From a bacterium (GTDB lineage: Bacteria > UBA10199 > 2-02-FULL-44-16 > DYJF01), in contig JBGSNL010000041.1 of NCBI GenBank assembly GCA_041739675.1, positions 54 to 64,053 of the forward strand: DNA of 64,000 nucleotides, given 5' to 3'. The translations under genes and the position numbers were made by a program. Below, one piece after another: positions 40,329-50,576 of the stretch; positions within the stretch are counted from its first letter, which is position 1; each line of letters begins with the position of its first letter. Below the pieces are notes generated by a model, which saw nothing but the letters and a program-made list of their open reading frames with translations, made no database searches and was not told the DNA's origin.

Positions 40329-41180
40329 ATGAAATATCTGCTGTTCATTTCCCTGTTTGTCACTTCTTTGTCCTTCTATCTCCCGTCCCCCGCATATGCC
40401 CAGGGACAGGGGCAGGGACAGGGCAATCTCGGCGAGACCATTATGGAAGAGGGGCCGATCGCTCCGAGGCGCGAAGAAGCTCCGCCCGAATATGAAGGGG
40501 CGCCGATTCCGCCGGAAGATCTGGAAATGGAGCAGGAAGAGACCGGCGAGCCGGCGGCGGAAGGCCAGCCGCAACCCCCAAAACCTCCCGCCACGGCTGA
40601 AGGCGCGGCGCGCGAAGGCGAAGAGGCGCGCCAGATCGTGATCGACGCGCTCGTGAATTTGAATTACGTCTTCAACAACTCGCCCGACAGCTTCATGCTC
40701 AAGTATCACGTCCATCTTGAAGGCAGAGTCGCGGCCGCAACCGCCGTGCTCAAGGGCAACTCATCCATCAACACCGAGGTGACCGGATTTCTGGCAAAAT
40801 GGCCCACGGGTGAATGCAAGCTCAACGTCACGGTGCCCGACAGCCCGTTTGAGATGACTTTCAGAAAAACGGCGGAAGACAGGGCGATGGTCGATCTCAA
40901 ATTCCCGAATCCCATCTCGGAGAACTGGGATTCTCAATGCAGTTTCAAAGACGCACCGGACGCCAAATTCAACACGAAGGGAGATCCTGAAAAATGGCTA
41001 GCCAAGGCGTTTGAGAAGGCGCGCCCTCCCCTCACCCGTTTGACCGTGAATTTGAATCCCGAGGAATCAACCACAATGAAATTTGAGATTTCAAAACAAA
41101 CTATCAAAGATCCGCCGCTCGGCAGCGCCGAAGTTGACGGCACCGGCGTAATCACAATAAATCCCGGCGCGGGCGGGTAA
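40329..41180 (+). CDS. secreted protein, hypothetical (QG repeats, acidic Pro-rich linker)
   Basis: Signal peptide MKYLLFISLFVTSLSFYLPSPAYA, then QGQGQGQG and an acidic PEP-rich region. Confidence 0.5.
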   Translation: MKYLLFISLFVTSLSFYLPSPAYAQGQGQGQGNLGETIMEEGPIAPRREEAPPEYEGAPIPPEDLEMEQEETGEPAAEGQPQPPKPPATAEGAAREGEEARQIVIDALVNLNYVFNNSPDSFMLKYHVHLEGRVAAATAVLKGNSSINTEVTGFLAKWPTGECKLNVTVPDSPFEMTFRKTAEDRAMVDLKFPNPISENWDSQCSFKDAPDAKFNTKGDPEKWLAKAFEKARPPLTRLTVNLNPEESTTMKFEISKQTIKDPPLGSAEVDGTGVITINPGAGG

Positions 41181-41195
41181 CACAAAGGAGGCTGT

Positions 41196-41987
41196 ATGAA
41201 GAAAAGTTCATGGCTCGTCACGCTCATCCTTGTTATCGCAGCATCTGTGCTGGCGGCAACGAGCATATACGGGTTCGACTGGTTCGGGATGAAAAAAGTC
41301 CAGCCTTCTGTAAAAATTCCCACTCCGGCTGAGGCAGGCATCAAGGCCGTTCAACCCGGCATGTCGCTCGATCCTCTGAAGATGGGCCACATGGCCTGCG
41401 CCGAAGCTTATAAAAAAATAAAAGACGGGCTTGCCGGCACGAAAAGCAGGCTCGACCCGTTCTGCCAATTCACAGCCTTGGGCGGACACGAAGGCGATTA
41501 TTTCACGAGTACTGCATATTGTTTTGCAGCTTCAGCCGCGACGTCCGAACCGGCTTATCCTATATACCAGAGCATCCACGGCAGTCCGGCGCCGACCAGC
41601 CTGGACACATGTATGGAATCGGCTCGCCCGGCGGGATGGTCGCCCGCTTGCGTTAAGACAAGTGACATTGCTGGCATCTTACGTCCCATTTTGACAAATC
41701 TTACCGACGCCGGATGGACGTGGGAATGGCTGATGGGCGAGACGAGCGAAGTAAATAGGGAATCGAATAGTTTTTACGGCCCCTTTTTCGCGCCGCCCCG
41801 CGTTCCTTACTTTGAGCTGGCGCCTTCCAGCGGCATGCTGGGCGCCACCCGTCGCACGGAGATAATGGCCTTCCGCACCATGGCAGGATACGAATGCGCC
41901 CGCGATGCCTATCGGTTCTTGTCGGATGGCAAAGCCATCATCTGCGTCGACGAGAATATTCAGGAATACGAAAGCGGCTGCAGATAA
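41196..41987 (+). CDS. secreted Cys-containing protein, hypothetical
   Basis: Signal peptide MKKSSWLVTLILVIAASVLA. Confidence 0.5.
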   Translation: MKKSSWLVTLILVIAASVLAATSIYGFDWFGMKKVQPSVKIPTPAEAGIKAVQPGMSLDPLKMGHMACAEAYKKIKDGLAGTKSRLDPFCQFTALGGHEGDYFTSTAYCFAASAATSEPAYPIYQSIHGSPAPTSLDTCMESARPAGWSPACVKTSDIAGILRPILTNLTDAGWTWEWLMGETSEVNRESNSFYGPFFAPPRVPYFELAPSSGMLGATRRTEIMAFRTMAGYECARDAYRFLSDGKAIICVDENIQEYESGCR

Positions 41988-41999
41988 TTTTTATCGATC

Positions 42000-42029
42000 A
42001 AAAACCCCCGGCGAACCCGGGGGTTTTTA
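42000..42029 (+). terminator. intrinsic terminator (cccccgg / ccggggg stem + TTTTT)
   Basis: aaaacccccggcgaacccgggggttttt, 13 nt after the stop of the 41196-41987 gene. Confidence 0.8.
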
Positions 42030-42096
42030 CTAGAAGTTGGCACGGACGTTGCTGTATTTACCTATTAGTGAGTCAATCGCCGAAAGTGAGGTTTTT

Positions 42097-42888
42097 ATGA
42101 AATCCATCGCATTGTTCGGCGTTCTGTTTGCGGCGCTGTCGATTTATGCATCAACGGCGGTTGGAGTTGAAAGAGCCGAGGTCAAAGTGAGTGGCCCCTC
42201 ACGATGCGAAACTTCCGGCGGCGATCTGACGGAAGAACACGTAGCAATACCTCCCAATCTCATTCTTCCCGATGCCTATTGTTGTGAGGAAACGAGCGAG
42301 CGAGCCGCATGCCTCGAGAACAAAATTGAAACTATGAACAAGTTAATTTCGTTTCTGCGCGCCGATATCGTATTGAAACTGCACACCGTATACTTGCTGA
42401 CATGTCCTACCGGAGGTCTGTTATCGATCGGCGGAGGATCATCATGTGAAAGCGGGGAACCCTGGTTGGAAACCGGCGCCGAAAAAATACGGCGTTTGGA
42501 AAACCAGTTGGCGTGTCTGATCACGAATTACGGTAAAAATATGGAAAAAGATTTTTCCTCCAGAATTGAAGAAATGGGGGCATGCCTTGACAGAAGAGAA
42601 GAATGTGAACGGGAGAAATTGCATATACGAGAAAGCTATATTGAAGATCTTATGGAACAGATGAGGGAAAGAATCACGTGCTATGATGAAAACGCCGCCC
42701 GAATGACTCAGTATACAAACGAACTCAACAATATCATCACCGGCCTCGCAGGCGGGCCGGCCAGCTGCCGTTTTTGGGACATCGCGTGTTTGTTACGGCG
42801 GTTGACGGTTTCAATACCTCCCCCGCCATCCCTTTCGGCATGTGAAGCACCTTATCCGCTTATGAATGGTGATCCCACCTGCTTTTAA
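42097..42888 (+). CDS. secreted Cys-rich coiled-coil protein, hypothetical
   Basis: Signal peptide MKSIALFGVLFAALSIYASTAVG. Start taken at 42097; lower GC. Confidence 0.45.
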   Translation: MKSIALFGVLFAALSIYASTAVGVERAEVKVSGPSRCETSGGDLTEEHVAIPPNLILPDAYCCEETSERAACLENKIETMNKLISFLRADIVLKLHTVYLLTCPTGGLLSIGGGSSCESGEPWLETGAEKIRRLENQLACLITNYGKNMEKDFSSRIEEMGACLDRREECEREKLHIRESYIEDLMEQMRERITCYDENAARMTQYTNELNNIITGLAGGPASCRFWDIACLLRRLTVSIPPPPSLSACEAPYPLMNGDPTCF

Positions 42889-43559
42889 AGGGGCTTTTCC
42901 AGGAAATTCGGCATGAAGGTCGCCTTTTGGCCTACGACCTTCAAAAAAACGCTTTTTGCCGATCGGCTGAAGAAATAAATTTTGTCTATCCTTTTCCCGG
43001 CTACAAGTTTTCTCAATCTGCTTTTATCAATATCTCTTGCCGTCAAAATCCTGTAGGCCTGCACCTGATTCAATCTTGCGCCCTGTTTTTTCAACCACGC
43101 CGGTAATATCTCACGGGCCTTTTGGGCGGATGGAAAAAGCACACGCTTGTCTTTGAAATCATATTTTTTCAGAACATCGACCAGTCCTTCCGCGCTATAA
43201 TTTTCTTTTCGCGGGATGATCACCTTTTTGATCCCGTGTTTCCTGAGGGCGGAGGCTGTGGCAGGGCCGACGGCGGCGAATTTCGGCTTCGCCGGCGTAT
43301 GACATATGGCATATGGCTTATGGCGCAGCCTGTGAAAGAACTTTTCCACTCCATTCTGACTTGTGAAAATTACCCAGTCGTATTTTTCGAGCTGCGATAT
43401 TGCGCGGTCGAGCGATTTGAAATTGTCGGAGGGATCTGCAATCTCGATGAGAGGAATGTGGATGACCTTCGCGCCAGCCTTCCGCAATCTGGCTATCGTT
43501 TCTTTGGCCTGATTTTTGGGGCGCGTAACGAGGATGCGCTTACCTTTTAAATTTCTCAT
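42885..43559 (-). CDS. hemD: uroporphyrinogen-III synthase
   Basis: GKRILVTRP.. HemD-like duplicated half-domains. Follows hemC. Confidence 0.7.
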   Translation of the reverse strand: MRNLKGKRILVTRPKNQAKETIARLRKAGAKVIHIPLIEIADPSDNFKSLDRAISQLEKYDWVIFTSQNGVEKFFHRLRHKPYAICHTPAKPKFAAVGPATASALRKHGIKKVIIPRKENYSAEGLVDVLKKYDFKDKRVLFPSAQKAREILPAWLKKQGARLNQVQAYRILTARDIDKSRLRKLVAGKRIDKIYFFSRSAKSVFLKVVGQKATFMPNFLEKPL

Positions 43560-44415
43560 TTCTTTCCGTTAATCGTACCGCAAGTTTTCTTCCCAGTTCT
43601 TCGGCATCGGCGACCTTTCCCTCGATCAGATCAACCCGGCCGTGAAGAAATCCCGTCAGCTTCAATTTATCTCCACTCACGGTGGCATGCGCGGCGAGCG
43701 GCGTATAGCAATCGCCGCCGACAGCTTGCAAAAACGCGCGCTCAGCTCCCACCGCAATCCCGCTCTCTTCATGATGACAAGTCTTTTGCAACCTGGCTAT
43801 CAGCTCTTTGTCATCTTTTCTCACTTCAATCGCCAGCGCGCCCTGCCCGACGGACGGGATCATCCGCTCAACCGGAAGATATTCGGCGATCTCATTTTGC
43901 ATTCCAAGGCGGATGAGCCCTGCGGCCGCAAGAATTATCGCATCATATTGCCCCTCGTTTAATTTCCTTATTCTCGTGTCCACGTTTCCGCGAAGAGGTA
44001 AAAGTTCAAGATCGGGGCGGATACCTTGAAGCTCGGCCTGCCGCCTTGGGGATGAGGTCCCGACACGGGCCCCGGCGGGCAGATCGTCCAGCCTTGAATA
44101 TTTCCTCGAGACAAAAACGTCGCGCGCATCTTCACGTTTTGGAATTGCGACGATTGAAAGTTCGTTGGGAATAATTCCGGGCACGTCCTTCATTGAATGA
44201 ACGGCGAGATCGATCTCTCCTGCGGCAAGCGCCTCTTCTATCTCTTTGACGAAGAGCCCCTTGCCCCCTTCTGCGGCCAAAGGTTTGTCGGTCCTGTCCC
44301 CCGACGTTGTAATTGTTTTTATTTCGACGGCCTCGCCCGAGGCCCTTAGAATCGAAGCCACAAACTCCGCCTGAACAATGGCAAGCTTTGAACCGCGGGA
44401 ACCGATTGTTATCAT
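43540..44415 (-). CDS. hemC: hydroxymethylbilane synthase (porphobilinogen deaminase)
   Basis: MITIGSRGSKLA..; the start at 44415 is ATGA-coupled to the upstream gene. Confidence 0.85.
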   Translation of the reverse strand: MITIGSRGSKLAIVQAEFVASILRASGEAVEIKTITTSGDRTDKPLAAEGGKGLFVKEIEEALAAGEIDLAVHSMKDVPGIIPNELSIVAIPKREDARDVFVSRKYSRLDDLPAGARVGTSSPRRQAELQGIRPDLELLPLRGNVDTRIRKLNEGQYDAIILAAAGLIRLGMQNEIAEYLPVERMIPSVGQGALAIEVRKDDKELIARLQKTCHHEESGIAVGAERAFLQAVGGDCYTPLAAHATVSGDKLKLTGFLHGRVDLIEGKVADAEELGRKLAVRLTERNEKFKR

Positions 44416-45239
44416 ATTTCTTCCACTACACCGCGTAGCACCTTGACGAGTTTCGGCTGGATCTTCGCCATCGCGCGCAAGACTTCTTCGTGATGCATTT
44501 CGCCCTTGTGGATGTCGGCTGCCGAATTGGCGATGCAATTGAACGTGAGAATTTTCATCTTCAAAAAGTTGCAGGCGATCACCTCGAAAACCGTGGACAT
44601 GCCGATGGCGTCCGCGCCCATCTGACGGTACGCCTTGATCTCAGCCTTCGTTTCATACGACGGCCCGGTGACCGCCATGTAGGTTCCAATCTTGAGATCG
44701 ATCCCCTCTTTTCTTGCGACCTTGAAAGCTATCTCGCGAAGGCCCGGATCGTAGGCGTCGGTCATCCCCGTGAACTGATCGGTCTTGCACTGGACCGCGA
44801 TTCCAATGAGAGGGTTCGTGCCCATCATATTTATATGATCTGAAACGACCATCATGTCGCCGGGTTTGAACGACGAATTGATCCCGCCTACCGCATTCGT
44901 CGTGACGACGGCTTTGACGCCGAGTTTTTCAAAGACGAAATACGGGAAGACGACAGCCTGCGGTGTGTGCCCTTCATAATAATGGTAGCGCCCCTGCATC
45001 ACCGCGAGCGGAATGTCCTTCCACTTTCCGAAAACGATCCTCCCCGCATGGCCCTCTACGTGCGTTTTTGGAAAATGGGGGATCTCGCTCGACATGAAGG
45101 TGCGCGCACCTTCCAGCCCCTGCACGAATTCGTCAAGGCCGCCGGTGAGCACCGTGAGAATTTTCGGCTGAATTGAAATCTGCTGCTTTAAAAAAGCGGC
45201 CGCCTCGTCAACCTGCGGAAAAAAAGTGTCGTAATCCAT
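44412..45239 (-). CDS. purine nucleoside phosphorylase (PNP/MTAP family)
   Basis: PNP family I fold (..VFPYFVFEKLGVKAVVTTNAVGG.., ..GMSTVFEV..). Confidence 0.8.
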   Translation of the reverse strand: MDYDTFFPQVDEAAAFLKQQISIQPKILTVLTGGLDEFVQGLEGARTFMSSEIPHFPKTHVEGHAGRIVFGKWKDIPLAVMQGRYHYYEGHTPQAVVFPYFVFEKLGVKAVVTTNAVGGINSSFKPGDMMVVSDHINMMGTNPLIGIAVQCKTDQFTGMTDAYDPGLREIAFKVARKEGIDLKIGTYMAVTGPSYETKAEIKAYRQMGADAIGMSTVFEVIACNFLKMKILTFNCIANSAADIHKGEMHHEEVLRAMAKIQPKLVKVLRGVVEEI

Positions 45240-45247
45240 TTATCCCC

Positions 45248-45886
45248 CTAACTTGCTATGGCGATTCCGGAGCTCGTGCCGATTCTTGAAGCGCCCGCCT
45301 CGATCATTGCAAGCGCCTGCTCTTTAGTTTTGATCCCACCGCTCGCCTTTATCTTGCAGCGGTTACCAACCGCGGCTCTGATAATTTTAACATCCTCAAC
45401 CGTTGCGCCGCGGCTTCCGAAACCGGTAGAGGTTTTCACATATGTCGCTCCCGCATCGGCCGCGATGAGAGACGCCTTCGTGATCTCTTCGGGCGTGAGA
45501 TAGCAAGTTTCGATTATCACCTTCACCGGCTTTCCCGCCGCCACGCGCACGACCTCTCTGATATCATCTTCCACGCGTTTGTAGTTGCCGCTCTTGAAAA
45601 AACCGATCGCCATCACCATGTCGATTTCGGTCGCGCCGTTTTTTATCGCCTCTTCAGTCTCTCTCACCTTGACCGCGATGGTCGTGGCGCCAAGCGGGAA
45701 GCCTACAACCGTGGCCAGCCCCACGCCGGACCCTTTCAAACGAGAGGCCGCTTGGGCCACAAAACATGGATTCACGCATACCGCAGCGAATTTATGCCTG
45801 GCCGCCTCGTCACACACTTTTTCAATATCGGAGAGCGCCGCATCCGCCTTGAGAATCGTATGGTCTATATATGATGCAAGGTCCAT
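45248..45886 (-). CDS. deoC: deoxyribose-phosphate aldolase
   Basis: Start at 45886 with AAGGAGG upstream. DeoC motifs (..AAVCVNP.., ..KASGGI..). Confidence 0.85.
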   Translation of the reverse strand: MDLASYIDHTILKADAALSDIEKVCDEAARHKFAAVCVNPCFVAQAASRLKGSGVGLATVVGFPLGATTIAVKVRETEEAIKNGATEIDMVMAIGFFKSGNYKRVEDDIREVVRVAAGKPVKVIIETCYLTPEEITKASLIAADAGATYVKTSTGFGSRGATVEDVKIIRAAVGNRCKIKASGGIKTKEQALAMIEAGASRIGTSSGIAIAS

Positions 45887-46083
45887 AAAAACCTCCTTAT
45901 ATTTCAAGAGCTTAGCCAATAAGAGACGGCCGACATTCATTCTTATTCCGCCCTGACGAAAAAGTGAACATTTTTTTCTTAGGGGACGCAACTTCGGGTA
46001 TCGGCCCAACCGATAATTAAGATGAGAGGGACGACAGAATAGATTGATAGTTTAAAACAGTTTTCTTACCCCCCCTTTTTGGG

Positions 46084-46117
46084 CCCTTCCACAATAGTGT
46101 GGGAGGGTCTTTTTTTA
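46084..46117 (+). terminator. orphan plus-strand intrinsic terminator (cccttccaca/tgtgggaggg + T7) with no annotated upstream plus-strand gene
   Basis: The hairpin is followed by tcttttttt. The upstream 200 bp is non-coding, so this may be a small-RNA 3' end. Confidence 0.4.
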
Positions 46118-46121
46118 TGTA

Positions 46122-46150
46122 TTGACCGCCTGAAAACCCTCCTTTATATC
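46122..46150 (+). promoter_or_regulatory. sigma70-like promoter (TTGACC-N17-TATATC) for the FHA-domain gene
   Basis: Correct spacing, and GGAGGA lies 9 nt before the ATG at 46179. Confidence 0.45.
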
Positions 46151-46178
46151 TACTGGCTACAATCGGAGGAGCAGACAA

Positions 46179-47144
46179 ATGGACGAGAAATCAGATAGCC
46201 TGGAATTCCCTATAAATCAGGAACTTTTGAGCGAGGCCACACACGTCAAGGAACAGTGGAAGCTCACGAAAGACCGCCTCCAGAAGATAGAAGAACACAG
46301 GGAAAAAGTGAGCCCGCCGGTCTATGACAGGGTCCTCTCTGACTACAGGGAAAAGCTGAAGGAAGTCACTGATGCGGTGCTGGAAAAAAAGCGCTCGATC
46401 GACCGCGAGCTCGTCTCCCTCTACGAAACGCAGAAAAAAATCGCCTCTCAGCTTGAAACTCACCGCCATGCGTTGGAAGAGATAAAGTTCAGAAACATCC
46501 TGGGCGAGTTCGCCGAAGAGGAATATCAGCGCAAGGCCAAAGAGGAGCAGGAAAAGATCAGCAAGTTTGAAACGGTATTGGCCGCGGTGAACACAAATAT
46601 CAGCAGATATGAGGACCTCTTCCGCGAGGAAGTGGATCTTTTCGCGGCGGGCGAACGGGTTCTCGAAGGTGAAGAAGAGGAGATCAGGCCGCGCACCTCC
46701 CAGGTTCTTGAAACGACCTCCGAGGAATTTTTAGGCGAGCTTGAAGGGCCGGATTATTTTTCCGCCCCCACCTCCGAGACAACAACGCCGGGCGAGGAAC
46801 ATTTCGAGACGTCTAAAACGCTCAAGGGAAAACCGGGCCGCGCTTCGGCAGGCGCTTCCCACCGCGCGCGCATAGTGATCATCAGCGGCGATGACGCCGG
46901 CGCAACATATCCCATCAAGGAAACGGTCTCGTTCGGGAGGGCGGAGGTCAACACCGTCGTGCTCCGCGACGCCAAGGTTTCAAGGCAGCACGCGAAGATC
47001 ATCCAGAAAGGCGAGGAGTTCGTCCTTCAGGATCTTCACAGCTCAAATGGAACCTACGTGAACGGCGAGCGCATCGACGAACACGTCCTGGCCAATAACG
47101 ACGAGTTCCAGATCGGCGACACGGTCCTTCAATTCCAGGCGTAG
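46179..47144 (+). CDS. FHA-domain protein with long N-terminal coiled coil
   Basis: C-terminal FHA motif (..GRA.EVNTVVLRDAKVSRQHAKI...NGTYVNGERI). Confidence 0.7.
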   Translation: MDEKSDSLEFPINQELLSEATHVKEQWKLTKDRLQKIEEHREKVSPPVYDRVLSDYREKLKEVTDAVLEKKRSIDRELVSLYETQKKIASQLETHRHALEEIKFRNILGEFAEEEYQRKAKEEQEKISKFETVLAAVNTNISRYEDLFREEVDLFAAGERVLEGEEEEIRPRTSQVLETTSEEFLGELEGPDYFSAPTSETTTPGEEHFETSKTLKGKPGRASAGASHRARIVIISGDDAGATYPIKETVSFGRAEVNTVVLRDAKVSRQHAKIIQKGEEFVLQDLHSSNGTYVNGERIDEHVLANNDEFQIGDTVLQFQA

Positions 47145-47211
47145 GCCCGGGGCAATTTTTCTAGCAACAAATTTTACGGCTCACCGATAAAAGCCTCAAA
47201 AGGAGTCTTTT

Positions 47212-48207
47212 ATGGATACATGCACGGTTCGCAGAATTGAAGGCAGCAACGGGGCTTATGATGTTCAAATCTGCCGTACGGACGATCTCCCGGTTCGGCA
47301 GAGCGAAAATGCCGACAGTTACACTTTGGCAGACAGCGGAGCGCCTCAGGGAGCGCAGCCGAGATTTATAAACCCCCTCGCCCCCGTCGACGAGTTTTCG
47401 GCCGACGCATATCTCTCAAGACTTGAAGAAGAGATGGAAAGCATCGATCAGGAAGAAAGAGAAACGTCGCTGCTGCAGTACGTGCAGTTTCTCGGAAATC
47501 TACCCTATGAAAAATCATTTGAGCGGCTGACAAACGTTGAGAGGCTCTTTCTCGATTCAAGCGATCAGGTCAGATTGAGCGCGGCGAGTTCGTTTATAAC
47601 TTTTAACACTGAGACGGCGGAAACCCTTGAATTGAATCACGCGCAACTGCCGGAGCTTATTAAGCGTGTCGACGACCACCGCACCGCGAAGCTTCTTCAA
47701 ACACTTGCCGAGAAAATAGGTCAATGCATCGAATCGCAAAACGACGAAGCCCCCGGGCAAATTGCAGCGGCCGATCTTGGACGGATGAGGCAACTCTTCG
47801 CCCATCCCGATCACTATGTCAGAGAGCTCGCCTTGCAGATGTATCTTGTGTCGGCGCAGTTCGCCGATCCGCAGGCGGGCGGTCAGGAGTTAAGGACGTT
47901 GCGCCGGGATTATATAGAAAGCACAAATCTTGAAATCCGCCGCGCGCAGGCCCACGCATATGGAGACGGCGCGGAGCTTCTTGATCTGAGGCAGACGTCC
48001 GAGGCGGAAGAGGCCTTCAGCGGGGACGAGTTTCCGATCGCGGCAAGGTTGAGCGCGGCCACGGCATATATAAGAATCTTCAGCCTTGCGGGCCGTCCGG
48101 CCGTTCGAGGTGAAAAGAGAGTTCTTCAAAACACGGCGCAGGATCTATCCGATCCCTCCGGCTTCGCGGCTTATGTCATCCTGAAACGACTCGATCTGCT
48201 ACGATAA
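47212..48207 (+). CDS. hypothetical helical-repeat protein
   Basis: 331 aa; no diagnostic motif recognised. Confidence 0.4.
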   Translation: MDTCTVRRIEGSNGAYDVQICRTDDLPVRQSENADSYTLADSGAPQGAQPRFINPLAPVDEFSADAYLSRLEEEMESIDQEERETSLLQYVQFLGNLPYEKSFERLTNVERLFLDSSDQVRLSAASSFITFNTETAETLELNHAQLPELIKRVDDHRTAKLLQTLAEKIGQCIESQNDEAPGQIAAADLGRMRQLFAHPDHYVRELALQMYLVSAQFADPQAGGQELRTLRRDYIESTNLEIRRAQAHAYGDGAELLDLRQTSEAEEAFSGDEFPIAARLSAATAYIRIFSLAGRPAVRGEKRVLQNTAQDLSDPSGFAAYVILKRLDLLR

Positions 48208-48237
48208 GTTTGACTAACCCCCACCGCGGGATTAGAG

Positions 48238-49602
48238 TTGGCCGGACAATTTCATAGGACTATGATGAGAAAAAAGAAGATCCTCCTGATTTCAGTGGCT
48301 CAAGGTTATACGAACGGACACAAAGCAAAGACAACGCCCTGCGCCGCTCTTGGAATTATCGCCGCCTACACCCCGTCACATTACGACGTGCAGCTCATAA
48401 ACGAACAGAACAAAGAAAGCGTGTATCGTGAAGACGTCGACCTGGTCGGTTTTTCAGCCATGACCTGTCAGATAAAAAGGGCCATAGAAGTTGCAAAGTT
48501 CTACAGGGCACGGGGCGTTCCAACGGTAATAGGCGGCATTCACGCCACAGTGAGACCTGAGGATGTTTGCGATCATTTTGATGCCGCGGTGATAGGCGAA
48601 GGCGATCTGGTATGGAAAAATATTCTCGCCGATTTTGAAAAAGGGGAATTACAAAAGATCTACAAATCCGACGTGCTCGTCGATATGGAAAATGTGCCCG
48701 CCTTCCGTCACGACCTTCTTTACAGGAAGAAAACAACCCTTTCACATGCGATCGTCCAGACTTCAAGAGGTTGTCCGCACAATTGTGAATTCTGTTCCGT
48801 TACAAATCTCTTCGGCAACCATTACCGAACCAGGCCGGTTAAAAATGTCATAAAGGAAGTTGGCGGTCTTAAACAAAAATTCATCTTTTTCATTGATGAC
48901 AACATCATGGGCAATCACGACTATGCCTATCCCCTGTTTGAACAATTAATACCGCTGAAAAAAGCGTGGGTGGGCCAGGCATCGCTTAATCTGTCGGTGA
49001 AAGATCTGCAGCTCTTGAAGCTGGCCAAGAAATCCGGCTGCCAGGGCCTTTTCATCGGCATTGAATCGGTGACCAAAGCAAATCCGTACTCAAAATTGGG
49101 CTCAGTCAATCTCAAGGAGATATCCAAGAAATTAAAAATCCTCCGCGATCACGGTCTTGTTGTAAATACATCCACCATATTCGGGTTCGATCACGATGAT
49201 AAATACTGTTTTGAAAAGACAGTTGAATTCTTGCTGAAAAACCGCGTTGCCATAGGCAATTTTCCCAACCTCACCCCGTATCCGGGCTCGGCACTTTTTG
49301 CCCGTTTTGAAAAAGAAGGGCGAATGCTTCATTATGACTGGGAAAAATACAACAACCACCACCCGACCTTCAAATTGAAAAATCTCACTTCGGAAGAGCT
49401 TATAGCAGGCGGCTATTGGAGCTCTTATTATTTCTACAAAACCGGTAATATACTTAAACGTCTGCCCGCCAACCTGCGCAATATTTTCAAGTATTCTTAT
49501 ATGAATTACCAATACAATCGGATCTCCAGATTGCATAAGAACAAGGCCCACATCGTCAAAATGCCTCCCGCCATGCTAAAAAAATGGCTGAAACAGTTTT
49601 AG
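48238..49602 (+). CDS. B12-binding domain radical SAM protein
   Basis: N-terminal cobalamin-binding-like domain and a CPHNCEFC radical-SAM cluster. Lower GC. The start may be 48262 or 48265. Confidence 0.7.
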   Translation: MAGQFHRTMMRKKKILLISVAQGYTNGHKAKTTPCAALGIIAAYTPSHYDVQLINEQNKESVYREDVDLVGFSAMTCQIKRAIEVAKFYRARGVPTVIGGIHATVRPEDVCDHFDAAVIGEGDLVWKNILADFEKGELQKIYKSDVLVDMENVPAFRHDLLYRKKTTLSHAIVQTSRGCPHNCEFCSVTNLFGNHYRTRPVKNVIKEVGGLKQKFIFFIDDNIMGNHDYAYPLFEQLIPLKKAWVGQASLNLSVKDLQLLKLAKKSGCQGLFIGIESVTKANPYSKLGSVNLKEISKKLKILRDHGLVVNTSTIFGFDHDDKYCFEKTVEFLLKNRVAIGNFPNLTPYPGSALFARFEKEGRMLHYDWEKYNNHHPTFKLKNLTSEELIAGGYWSSYYFYKTGNILKRLPANLRNIFKYSYMNYQYNRISRLHKNKAHIVKMPPAMLKKWLKQF

Positions 49603-49784
49603 TCAGGAACAGTTTTAAATTCTCGGTCACAGAGCGTGAAACGGCAACCTGATGATCCTGCCGTCGACCGCGAAGACTCCCCTTCCCAGATGATGGATCG
49701 TTTTCGCGCGCTTCTTTGATGGCGCGATCCACGCGCGGAAAGGATTTTTTCTTCATGGCGGTCCCCTTCTTCATTTAACTTGGT

Positions 49785-50447
49785 TCAAGGCAACAGTTCG
49801 ACCTTACCCGTATCGAGATCGTAATAGGCACCGATGACGGACAATTTTCCCTTCTTTACGAGATGCGAGAGGATGGGGTCCGAATCTTTGAGCGCTTTGA
49901 CCGCCCGCTCGACGTTGATATGGGAGGCCCTCTCGACAAGGTCGCATCCCCTGCTGCACTTCCTGGCTTCCGCGACCGCGGGAGCAATTGCATCCACGAT
50001 GCTCGCGATATGCCCCGGCGCCTCGCCTCCCTTTACAGCCTCGGTCACAGCGCCACAGCGCTTGTGGCCCATGACGACTACAAGCGGAACGTCAAAGTGC
50101 TCGGCGGCATATTCGACGGAACCGATATTCACGTCGTTCAAGACGTTTCCCGCCACGCGAACGACAAAGAGATCGCCCAGTCCCTGATCGAATATTATCT
50201 CGGGCGGGACGCGGGAGTCGGAACATGAAACTACGATCGCGCCCGGATGCTGCGACAAGGCGACGTCTTTCATGCGCTCCGCCCCCTGCCGCGGATGAGC
50301 CAGCTCTCCGCCCGTATATCGCGAATTGCCGGCCATGAGCGAGTCAAGGTTACGCTTCGCCTTCGCGTTCATATCCTTGGCGGAAGCCGTGAACGAAAAC
50401 ACAAGTAAACACGCGAGAGCGACTGTGAAAGTGCCGAAAGTTTTTTT
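49785..50447 (-). CDS. beta-class carbonic anhydrase, secreted
   Basis: Signal peptide MKKTFGTFTVALACLLVFSFTASA; zinc ligands CSDSR...HKRCG. Confidence 0.8.
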   Translation of the reverse strand, partial: KKTFGTFTVALACLLVFSFTASAKDMNAKAKRNLDSLMAGNSRYTGGELAHPRQGAERMKDVALSQHPGAIVVSCSDSRVPPEIIFDQGLGDLFVVRVAGNVLNDVNIGSVEYAAEHFDVPLVVVMGHKRCGAVTEAVKGGEAPGHIASIVDAIAPAVAEARKCSRGCDLVERASHINVERAVKALKDSDPILSHLVKKGKLSVIGAYYDLDTGKVELLP

Positions 50448-50576
50448 CATTTTTTCCCCCATTTCTTTCTTCGCTTCTAGAAAATCGGGCAACTTAAATC
50501 AAGCTATTGATAAAAAACGGTTATGATTATGATTAAAATCGCCGCCCGCCCTGCACCCATTTTCCGCAAAGCGATT

